A stretch of 61,158 nucleotides of DNA, filler included, from Thelocarpon superellum (Eukaryota): NCBI GenBank assembly GCA_026025795.1. It is 2 parts of 2 records of this genome, joined end to end, with 100 filler letters (N's around TTAATTAATTAA, not from the genome) between each part and the next. Parts side by side here need not be neighbours in the genome. Positions count along the whole stretch, not along the records: positions 30,634 to 61,158 come from JAPEUG010000202.1; 1 more part is not named here. One strand, written 5' to 3'. Each line of letters opens with the position of its first letter. The first letter of the stretch is position 1. Below the pieces are notes generated by a model, which was given only the letters and a program-made list of their open reading frames with translations, was not told the origin of the DNA and did no database searches. This document shows, in pieces, positions 51,321 to 61,158 of this stretch. A program made the translations under genes and the position numbers.

Positions 51321-52174
51321 GGCGCGGGTATGGCGAGGTCGTCGGTCCGAGAGACGATGATCTACCTTGCACAAACGGCGATGTTACGTTAGGGGAGCAA
51401 GGAGAAAATGCCATGACTGTTCACGATGCACGGCAGTACTGTGATGACCAACATGCCTGACTCTTGCCGTCCCCTTCCACCCGCCACGCTCCTATTTCCA
51501 GCTTGCCTGTCGCGCCGAAGCCCTTCGTCCGAGTAGAAGTTGATGGTCCCGTTGCTGGAATGAAGCCATTCGAGGCTTCCTACGGCGACGTGCTTGCTTT
51601 CCCTTCCACATAGTGTCTTTGCTCACGAGGTCTCAGTATTTTCATCATCGACCCCACGCGCACCTTCCACGCGCAACGTTAACCCCGTTCGTCCGTTTCA
51701 TCCTATTGTCCGCAGCCACTCACTCGCCCGCAGAATGGACAACGCGGCGTCATTGAAGCACTTGCTATAACCCCACCACACGATTGGCTGTTTGGAGATC
51801 TGCGACATTGTCACGTACGCCGAGTGAACGAGGGCACGCTCGTCAAGACTGCAACTTCATGATAGTCCAGTGAACGACGCCCCCTCCGGCAGAGAGGCCC
51901 GCTCATTGTCGTTGAAAATACCGTCGCCATACCCGAGGCCACATCATTGTCGTTGAATGAACTATCGCTATTCCTTCCTCAAGTGAAGCTCGTCCACCGC
52001 CTCAGCTTCCCACGGGAGATTTCTAGGCGCCGGGCTGCTGGTCGGCTTCCGCTGTTCCTAATACTCTCCCTCTCCGTCTCTGCTCCTTCCTCAACTCTCT
52101 CTTTCTCTACCACTCTTCCTGTTCCTCTCCGCCTTCCTTTCGAGCTCTTCCCAGACGCCTCTGGCTGACCCAAA

Positions 52175-52266
52175 CTTATCGTCCATCATCCACTACTTCC
52201 CAAGCTTATCGTCCCTCATCTGCTACTTCCCCGAGCTTATCGTCCCTCATCCGCTACTTCCCCAAG
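52175..52266. repeat. Three 30-31-bp tandem copies CTTATCGTCC(A/C)TCATC..CTACTTCCC..AG
   Basis: Copies start at 52175, 52205 and 52236, ending about 24 nt before the ATG at 52291. Confidence 0.88.
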
Positions 52267-52290
52267 TCCAGCCCGCATCTGCCTCAGAAG

Positions 52291-54990
52291 ATGGCTGACC
52301 GTCAGTGGCCGCGGCCCAAGTCCAAATTCTTCCCAACCTCCGCCTCGACCTACTCGGGTCTGTGGGGTCCCTCTGACACGACCTCCACGGGTCCGTGGGA
52401 TCAACACCCGGTCCTTCTGCCGCCGAACGAAGAAGGAACCATCCCATACCAGCCAAACACTGCCCAGCTGATCCCCGCTCCGTTCACTCGAGCCGAGGAC
52501 GTCTTGCAACTCCCGCGCGCACCTTGGGCCCTACCTCCCCCGTCCCGGATCCTGCCTCTTCCATCCCTAGGCACGACCGCCCCGCCCATGATTCGAGATC
52601 ATGTGGCGCCAGCCAGCGAAAGCGGCCCTTCCACCTCCGAGGTTGCTACGCAAGATCTCCCGCTAAGTCGACCCGAGCTCCCGCCCGCGGCCCCCACTCT
52701 CCCGGCCCCGCAACCGACCGCCTCAACGGTAGGTACTACTAGCCAAACTTCAGACCTCGTTCGCAGCTTCGAAGTCTTCAAGGACTCGGCGTCGTCGAAC
52801 GCTCCGCGCGAAGATGTCTCTCACCCCTTCTTGCCTGGGTTCTTGGGCTTCGATCCCAGGGTAGGTCAACTGGGCGGAAGTACCACGTCGCCGCTTCACC
52901 TTTCCGCACTGGCTGGGGCTTATCGTGACCCCAACACGCCCGTCCCGCACGTCTCTCACGACGTCCCTGCCGTGTACGGGTCGAGTCTTTGGGGCGTCAT
53001 GTCTTCCCCCGTGATCGCCGCTCCGGTTCCCAAGGGCCCGAGATCTTTCATGCTCGCCCATTCTCTCACCAACGCCGAGTTCAAAGCGAACCCTTCTCGA
53101 GCCGGGCCCTGGAGTGACGAGTTTCCGCCCGGGTCCTGCCTTGGCCTTCCGAGCCCTCCGCCGGCTGAGCGTCGCGATGCCGCCCATGTGGATCATTCCA
53201 TGCCCTATCCGAGCCTCGTGGTACCATCTTCCCTTCCGACAACTTCCAAGGTGAGGTTGAGTCGAAGAGATCTCGCTCGCGTCATCGGTCACAGCGGCCA
53301 AGCTAACCGCTCGCAGGGAGCCGGGGTATCCAACACCGGGCGGGTGCCCAGCTTTGGCCTCGATGCCTTCAGCACCACTGCCGCCTTCGCTCGTGCCGAG
53401 TTGTCTTCCGTCGCGGCAGGTGGCCTCTTGGGGCCGGACCCCAAACTCGGTCAAGCGATCCCACGTCCCGTCTCTCCATGGCGTGTCCCAATTGGTACCG
53501 GTCGTCCTCTGCCCGCCGGCGGCGTCGCAACGGGCCAGCTACCGCGACTCAGCCTCCTCCACCCGACCGTCTTCGGTGGCCCACTTGAGCGGCCTTGGAG
53601 CCGTCGCTATCTCGAGCTCACAGCGTCAGGGTGCCCGATGCTGATGCAGGCACTGGACCCACAGAACCTGCCGCTGATGCCCATGGCGACCATGAGCGCT
53701 CCGGTCAAGTGGGGTGTCGTCAAGATCATCAACGTATGTCTTCCTTGTCCGTGGAGGCTTCGTCGTCGGTATCGGGTGCTGATATTTCCTGCAGCTCCCC
53801 TTCACCATCACCAAGAACGAGATCTACGTGTTCCTGGGGCGCCATGCCCGCGTGATCGAGGGCCCGGCCATCTCGATCCTCATGAATCGGGCAACGGCCA
53901 AGACGATGGAGACATACGTCGAGTTCGAGATGCCGAGCGATGCTAAGCACTTCGTGGAGCGATACAACGACCCCAAGAACAAGAAGCGCCGTCGTCCGTC
54001 GATCGGGGACCGGCCCGTCGTGATGGAGGTGTCGTCGCAAGAGGCATTCATGGCCAAACTCTTCCCGAAGGCCCACTGTGTCTCCTGGACCGGCCAAGAG
54101 CCCGTGGTTCACCCTCCTGCCGATCCCTCCACGGCTGGGTTCCGCGGCTTCCTCACCAAGGAGGAGATTGTCATGACGGTCAAGCACGCCGAGACGCCGC
54201 AGCGTGTGAGTCCCGCACCCTCTGACTTCCATTTTGACCTTTTTGCGGTCTGGTCCGGACCAGCTCCTGTCAGATACCGTGTGTCCCATGTACCCTTTCG
54301 CTGATCTGAGGAGATCCATCAGTCTCCATATGTGGATAAGTGCCCGCAACGTCCGTACGAGAGCTTCGTGAGCACGCTGGTCAAAGTGGGTTGCTTAGGG
54401 TCGGATTGTGCCGTCGGGGTCGTTGCTGACGTGTAGCCTAGTTTCCTTGGTGGGAGGACACCTTGATCACGCTGGAATTGCGCGATCAGATGTTCTGGGC
54501 GGCCGAACGCTTAACGACAATCCTCATGAACCAGATGCGCAAAGGCGTTCCCGGACTCGAGCAGGGCCTCCTCTTCGAGCTTGTGGGAGCGGTAGTCAAG
54601 ACGCCGGGCTTCAGTGAAGCGCAGAAGTATCGCGTGTGCGTGTCTGCGGGCATGTCGGGCCGAGAGTTTGGGCTGGCCCCGTACGCCCACGCCTGGCCCT
54701 TTGCGACGTTGACGAAGAAAGAAGAGACTGAGCCGGATGTGCTGAAGGTGGGACTTTCACGCCTTTGACGATATATTGGCTGACCTTCGTTGTCGCAGCT
54801 CTATGCCGCACTCATCCGCGAGGCGACCGTCCCATTCGCGGATCAGGGCAATCCCGAGAAGGATTGGTCGCCGTTCGGCAATTTTGTGGTTCCATGGCCG
54901 GCCAACGCCGCACAGATGACCTTGAGAGAGGCGTCAATACTGGAGCTGAATACCTTCGAGTACTACCTCCGCCAGGTCCTTCCCCAGTGA
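52291..54990 (+). CDS. RRM-containing putative RNA-binding protein with a long Pro/Ser-rich N-terminus, 4 introns
   Basis: Spliced WGVVKIIN/LPFTITKNEIYVFLG...ILMNRATAKTMETYVEF...RPVVMEVSSQEAFMAKLFP is an RRM-like fold. It continues through CPQRPYESFVSTLVK/FPWW to the stop at 54990. Confidence 0.75.
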
Positions 54991-55858
54991 CGACTTCTCC
55001 TTCGTCCAGACCACCCTCCGCTGTCAACATCCGCCGGATTTTTCGCATCTGCTGTTACCAGTCCTGGTCTTGGCCTCGTCCGAAGAGCCGTCGTGATGGA
55101 GCAGATTGAGAGTGTGGGGTGTCCACGACTGTGTGGCCCTGCTTGTGGTGATCTTTGGCGCTAACCTGGACCTGGATTTCCGTCCCGTGATGCATTCACC
55201 TGCATGCGTCTGCTCTTCCCACACAACGATTTTCGTTTGTCTTCACGGCCTGGCTCAGGTCTATTTCCGCTCGCTCACGCTCCCGTCAGCACCTTGGAGC
55301 TTTGGTGTGCTTGCTATTCCTCCCACGAGAGCGGATTCGCCTGGTTACATCCTTGCTCTTCTCCCCCCCTTTGCTCGATGCTGCTTCTTCGGTGCCTGCT
55401 GGCCCCGTCCCCCGCCCCACTTACTCAACTCCTCCCCAGTGCCTGACCTCAAAGAAAATGCTTTGGACTAGAAGGTCGCTGGTTGGCCTAAAAGTTCAGT
55501 TAGTTAGTTGGTACGAAGGACAATGAATGAATGATTGATTGATTGATTGAATTACGCAACCACCAATCATACAGTCTAGGTAGACGAGGCTCGAGTTACC
55601 GGGGAATCTACGGCCACGACGACGTACGAATACGGATACGCGATCCAACATTTTGCACGAGGTAACATTCCGCGTCGTAAATCTTTTCCTGGCAGGCGTG
55701 GGTATGGGAAGGGGCCATCCTGACTGCCGCCTTCCCATCGCCATCGCCCCATACGTAGACAGGTGTATATCTACGATGACTGGCTGGATACACAGGCCAT
55801 CCATATGTATCAAGTCAAAAGATCCGCCGAAGATTGAGCCATCCAGTAGGGCGAAGCG

Positions 55859-56758
55859 ATGGACGATCTTACAGAGCTCCGTCAAAGGCGTCACAGGTTC
55901 GCACAAAAAGAGCAGTACTCTCCCCGGTTCCCCCCCTGACCACCTACTCTTCCTCCCTACTCCTCCCTGATGATCTATTACGCCAACACTGACACCTAAC
56001 GCAGGACTCTCGAAGCCGCTTACAATTCCACCGCATGGGTGGAGCACGTCAATAATAAGATCAATTATGAGTTGCTTCGTCGCCGAGAATGGATCCACCC
56101 CAGGTTCCGAGAGCCACGGTGGCAGCCGGACATGACGGGCGGCGGCACGATCGAAAAGCTGGAGAAGCTAAGAATCCTCGACGTCCAGTGCAGTACTGGC
56201 GCCGTGTCTCGTGCGTTGGTGCCCTATGCCTCCCATGTGCGAGGCATCGATCTGGACGAGACCGTGGTATGGGAATATAACCGGACGGCCGCGGCTTACG
56301 ACTTCCCCAAGGAGTTCATGTGCGCTGTCACGGCCAATCTGCTCACACCGACAGGTGGAACACCGTGGGTCATGATGGTGCCGGATTTCATCAACTTGGA
56401 TCTCGTCGTCATCGCCATGGGCTTCCACCAAGTTCGCAATGTGTCGCTTGCCCTCAACCGTATCTTCCCGTCGCTGAAGCCGGGTACTGGGACGGTCGCC
56501 ATCGTGGACTTCTTCACACCTTCGGCTGAGGCCATCGTTGTAGCTCGAGCTTCGGGCTTCCAGATCTCGCAGTTTGTAAATCCCGGCTTTTCGGTCGAGG
56601 AAATACGGGGGTACTTCTTTTGGGCTGGATACGTGGATGTCGCCATAGTTGAGTTCCAGGGCGTGGTAGGCATCCGAGCTCCAGGGGCGGTTCATCGGGA
56701 GGCATTCATCTGTCGAGGTCGAAGACCATCAGCCCCATCATCTCAAGGGATGAGCTGA
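55859..56758 (+). CDS. Class I SAM-dependent methyltransferase with a diverged motif I; 5' exon tentative
   Basis: Motifs RILDVQCSTG, RGIDL, DLVVIAMGFHQV, LKPGTG and IVDF. CTAAC..CAG acceptor at 56004 is phase-compatible with an exon starting at ATG 55859. Confidence 0.7.
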
Positions 56759-57853
56759 ATCTGACTCAAGATGAGCGGTTGCTTCTCGATCATCCAGACT
56801 ATCATTAGTGTCCCCAGGGCTCAAGCCGAGGGACTCTCCGGGCTCGATCGCTCCTTTTGTCTTCTTGCTTTCGAGTAGATGCTGTCTCCTTTGTAGCCCT
56901 GCTGCTTGCTTGCGTTCTTTTCGAACAGAGGAATCTTCCCAGGACTCGCCCGCTACACCAAGTCCTGCGTATTTCTCTGAGCTATCACTCTGCAGGTCTC
57001 GTGCATGGCTACTAGTCTGGCAGAGTTGGGAGAGATTCTCGCGAAACACTGACGTGCGTCTCGTGTTTTCCTCGAATCTCCTGTTTGCAATTCCCACCAG
57101 GACATTGAGGTAGTTTTCATCCACGAGAGCCTGCACAGCATCTTCCCTGCCGGGTGTCTCCTGTCGAAGGTGGCCAATGACAGAGTCAAGTGCCAGGCCA
57201 GTGCAACGAACTGCGACCATGGGTAGTACTGGGCCGGACGACCGAGGGGCAAGATTGACCGCGCCACTCTCTCGGAAGCCAGCCTGGAGCGCCGCTTGCA
57301 GGACGTGCTGTGCATGGGCTAAGGAGGAAGTCAAGACATGCAAGATCTCGCATGACGGTTAGCGAGACTGCCATGGCGTCACGGTGGAACGGCAGACCAT
57401 TGGCTCAAACTTGAAATGAACAAATCGAGTCGTTTTGGAGAGGTGGTCCGCAGGACCATCCGCGTTGCGTGACAGACTGAAGAGCGTCGTGAAGTACTGT
57501 GAACCGACGTGATAGCCCGGCGGGCTTTCAAGGCGGTCGTGCGAGACGTAGAGCCATCGCCCACCTGGCCCTTTCCCTCCAACGCTGCTCGGCTGAGGAG
57601 CAGCATTTACGCCGCTGACGGTTTCATTGGACCGTTTCGATCCCTCCAAGAAGACGCTGATCCTGCCAGCACAGCTGCTGGTCGTGATCAAGCCGTCGTA
57701 ATCCGAGATCTCGACGACCAGGGGCCGAATGCCGTCATCCACTGAGCCTTTCGGGGAGCGGTCCTGTGACGTGCCTGGCGGTGTGAATAGTTCTTGCACG
57801 ATTCTGCTCTTTTTCTGCTGGAAGAGATTGCTTTCTCGAATTTCCCCGGCCAT
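56738..57853 (-). CDS. TYW3: tRNA wybutosine-synthesising methyltransferase Tyw3; intron 57347-57397
   Basis: Motifs DRSPKGSVD, TTSSCAGRISVF, GRWLYVSH, FKFEPM/ILHVLT, AGFRESG and MVAVR. Confidence 0.92.
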
Positions 57854-58164
57854 GCTGCTACTGGCACCAAAAGAGCTGCTGCAGTAGAGTTCGGCGTGCT
57901 GGCTCGACGAGTAGACGACCGACATGGCCGAGTAATGGATTTCACGAACTCACGTGGTCACGCATCATTTCTGCCGAAGTGCACGTCACGAAGTTCGTTC
58001 GTCGTCGGCACTGACGCAAAGAGCGTCGATCTTGATTCTTGGAAGACCGGTATATACATGACAAGCTACTACTGATTTGCTGTTCTGAACCTCATCTCAG
58101 GCATCTGACCAGGAGACATCGCTTACCAAACGTTCGATCGTGTCCTACATCGACCCCGCCAAGT

Positions 58165-59916
58165 ATGACGCGTAGATCGTCGCGGCAATCCGCTGCGTCG
58201 GCCTCAACCACCCCAAAGAAAAGGACACTGTCATCTACCGCAGCCACACCCGTACGCGGGTCAAAACGGGCGAAGCCAACAACTACGCCTGCCAAGACTA
58301 CGCCACAAAAGAGCCCTTATTTCGAAAGCGATTCAGAGGTGCCCCAGACGGAGATCGAGGACGAAGGAGAGGGTTATGAAGATGAAGATGCCAGTGCCGT
58401 CTCAACACCATCCGAGTCTGACCCCGATGACGAAGAGGAAGAGTACAGCGAGGAAGAAGAGGCTCCCAGGCGACGAACCGCGCCCAAGGGCAAGCGAGCC
58501 CCGGCCAACGTATCGAAAGCGAATCCAAAGTCCAAGGGACAGGAGCTGTGGAGACCAGGAGTGAAGGCGGGCCTGGGACCCGGGAAAGAGATCATCATCA
58601 GACTACCCAAAGCAAGAGAGGCCGGTTCGACGCCCTACCAGCCGCATACGATCCATCCCAATACCTTTCTATTCTTGGGCGACCTGGCGCGGAACAACGA
58701 CCGAGAATGGCTGAAGAGTGAGTCCTGCGTGCCTGGCTCACCATCAGGGTAAAATGAAGATGCTGAAGCGTCTGACGATAGTGCACGATGCCGACTTTCG
58801 AGCGGCCGAGAAGGACTTTGACGCTTTTGTCGACGTCTTGACTGGGAAGATCATCGAGAAGGACTCGACGATCCCTGAGTTGCCGGTGAAAGACCTTGTG
58901 CGCCATCTCCTCCTTATCTTGTCCTCGTCTAGAGGACAAGAGAAAATCGATACGCACCGGGTCTGATTGGAGCTAGAAATTCCGGATATATCGAGACATT
59001 CGGTTCAGCTCAGACCCCACCCCGTACAAGGTAAGCGGGCACGAGGATAGGTTGCCGTGGCCAGCAACGGTGAAATAGCAGATTGGCTGATGGTTTGCTC
59101 GTTAGGCCCATTTCTCCGCTGCCTGGTGCGTATCGGTTTTCTCATGTCCTCATATAGATGATTAACGTACTGCAGGTCTCGGACTGGCAGAAAGGGTCCT
59201 TATGCGGCCTACTATCTTCACGTACAGCCTGGAAAGTGCTATTTCGGTCCGTTCCATGAGAGTTCCAGTTCCAGAGCCGGTTGCAAGACAGGCTGACCCA
59301 TGATGCAGGTGGCGGTCTGTGGCATCCGGAGGCGGCCCCCTTAGCCTTGCTGCGGCGAAGCGTCGATAGAAGATCAGAGAGGCTCAAGCAAGTTCTACAA
59401 GACGCATCGATGCGTAAGGAATTCCTTGGGGGCGTCTCCAAAGATGAGAAGAAGGTGGTGCAGGCCTTCCTTGGGCACAATCAAGAGAATATCCTCAAGA
59501 CCAAGCCGAAAGTACGTGGAAACGATCGCGGACGCCCATCTTATCACGTTTGGTTCCGAGCCTGGCTCATCAGATGATGTAGGGATTTGAAGCAGACAAT
59601 CCCAACATCAACATCCTCCGACTACGAAACTACACCGTGGGCAAGCGACTCGCAGATGTTGAGGTCCTCGGCCCGAAGGGATTGCGGCGGATTGCGGATC
59701 TCGTGGGCATCTTGATGCCTTTCGTAAGTTTCCAAGGCCCCATTCCTTTGGAAAAGCCCTCTATCCACGTCCCACGTCCCACGTCTAGGAGGTTGCTCAT
59801 GCGCATATTTTCATCAGATCACCTACCTCAACAGTGTCGTCATGCCCGATGACGATCCTTCGAGCCATGGCTCCTCGGACGAAGAGGGCCAAGATGGAGA
59901 ATCCGATGAAGGCTGA
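58165..59916 (+). CDS. DUF2461-family protein with an acidic/basic disordered N-terminus, about 7 introns
   Basis: Motifs FLGDLARNNDREWLK, FRIYRDIRFS.DPTPYK, SRTGRKGPYAAYYLHVQPG, GGGLWHP and LKTKPK/GF. Confidence 0.85.
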
Positions 59917-60306
59917 GAGACCCTTGGTTGACGTGCTCTGGCCCATCCGGGGTCCATCATGGTGGAGGAAAGCGATTATACGACCCATCACATTTGGGCT
60001 GGATGTGTTGGCAGGCCGGATGTGATGTCACCCGCGCCGTCGTCGCCGCGGCGATTGGAGCGAGGGTCGCCATCGGCATTTAGCGTCGAAGGCTTGCGTA
60101 GACTGTCGTGCATTCGTGTATTGGTCGCAGCAAATAGCGGCGCTCGAGGGCGCCACAAACGAGCACATCCTAGCAAGATCGGGCGGGCCGCGTGCAGCAG
60201 TGGCAAAGCAACAACGCATCGATCCGGAGGGCGGCGGTGTGGTGGTGTGGTGGTGTGGTGGCTAGCGAAGGTGGTGACGACCCCTCCGGACACAAGCGGA
60301 CCGGTA

Positions 60307-60906
60307 ACAGTCTTCACCACGAGACTGAACACACCACGAGACTGAACACTTTTCCTCCTACCCTACCTCCACTATCAGCCACAACTCCACTACTAGTGCT
60401 TCAAATCATCAACCCTAGGAGGATATGGTAGATAAGACCCTAAGCTATCATTTGAACCTAAAATTTTGTTGTTATGATGAGTATTGGTGATGTTATCTAG
60501 TTGCGCAATTTTTTGCCACCTCAAGTCTATGTACCTAGGACCCCCCCCACCCACTTTGAAAACCTATAACTTTTCAACCACTTGACCCAATCACTTCATC
60601 TTTGGTGTGGTACATCATAATATAGCAAAGATTGATGCTTATAACTTATAGGTCCTAAGCTCAACTACATCAGTTTCTATAAGCCATTATCTACAACTTC
60701 CCCTCTCAAACCCTACCTCCTTTACCCTACTACCTTTATCATATATCTAAGTACTCTTATATTCAATGTGAAAGTTAATAGCATATGTGGTGGTTGAATT
60801 ATTCAAGAATATATACAAGGTGTTGTTGATGGAAAGTGGTGGGGGAAATAAGGTTTACAGAAAGTGTTCAGTCTCGTGGTGTGTTCAGTCTCGTGGTGAA
60901 GACTGT
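60307..60906. mobile_element. 600-bp non-autonomous DNA transposon (MITE), Tc1/mariner-pogo/Fot1-like
   Basis: Perfect 46-bp TIRs at 60307-60352 and 60861-60906, each with two 17-bp direct repeats CACCACGAGACTGAACA. TA at both flanks (60305-06, 60907-08). AT-rich interior with no transposase ORF. Confidence 0.92.
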
Positions 60907-61158
60907 TACTTGAACCTGTCCTCCCTCGTCTGCGTGTAAGGGTCCACGGAGGAACCCGGAGGTCCGGAGGGTACACTCCCAAGAGGATCATTCGTTGTCG
61001 TGCAGGGATCCAAGACCGACTCACCGCTCTAGAGTTGGATCATCCACGCTCATTCGACGCCGCCTCGCACCGGCGTTATGCACTAATGCCCGGCCGCATG
61101 GGATTTTGGTCTTGTGACCGGCTAGGCGCTTCAGCCGCGCAATTGCGCGCTGTCGTCC

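Noticed and set aside
52175..52266. 30-bp repeats as a CRISPR-like array
   Set aside because: The copies are contiguous with no unique spacers, there are no cas genes, and the context is eukaryotic.

Overview
Gene-dense, GC-rich, intron-containing eukaryotic DNA from a filamentous ascomycete (Pezizomycotina-type GT..CTRAC..YAG introns of about 50-130 nt). Two contigs are joined by an artificial 100-nt spacer at 30534-30633 (N44-TTAATTAATTAA-N44). About 24 protein genes are recognisable, mostly housekeeping. Left contig: GMC oxidoreductase end, MSS4, a VOC-domain protein, NEP1/EMG1, a secreted Ala-rich protein, ECO1, a Pro-rich protein, NoxB, UBC4, glutaryl-CoA dehydrogenase, FEN1 and a truncated PHO84. 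Right contig: DUF829, GNA1, TRM44, SMC5, a class-3 lipase, fumarase, an SHB17-like phosphatase, a small membrane protein, UBP6, ARPC4, an RRM protein, a SAM methyltransferase, TYW3 and DUF2461. I cannot demonstrate a new multi-gene system. The best leads are non-coding: (1) a 600-bp TA-flanked MITE with perfect 46-bp TIRs whose interior is almost free of CpG while the TIR CpGs are intact; (2) an unusually long NEP1 intron with a second set of splice signals that would define a frameshifting cassette exon; (3) a near-perfect 23-bp hairpin; (4) several phased promoter motif arrays. All gene identities come from motifs recognised by eye, and exon boundaries were inferred manually.
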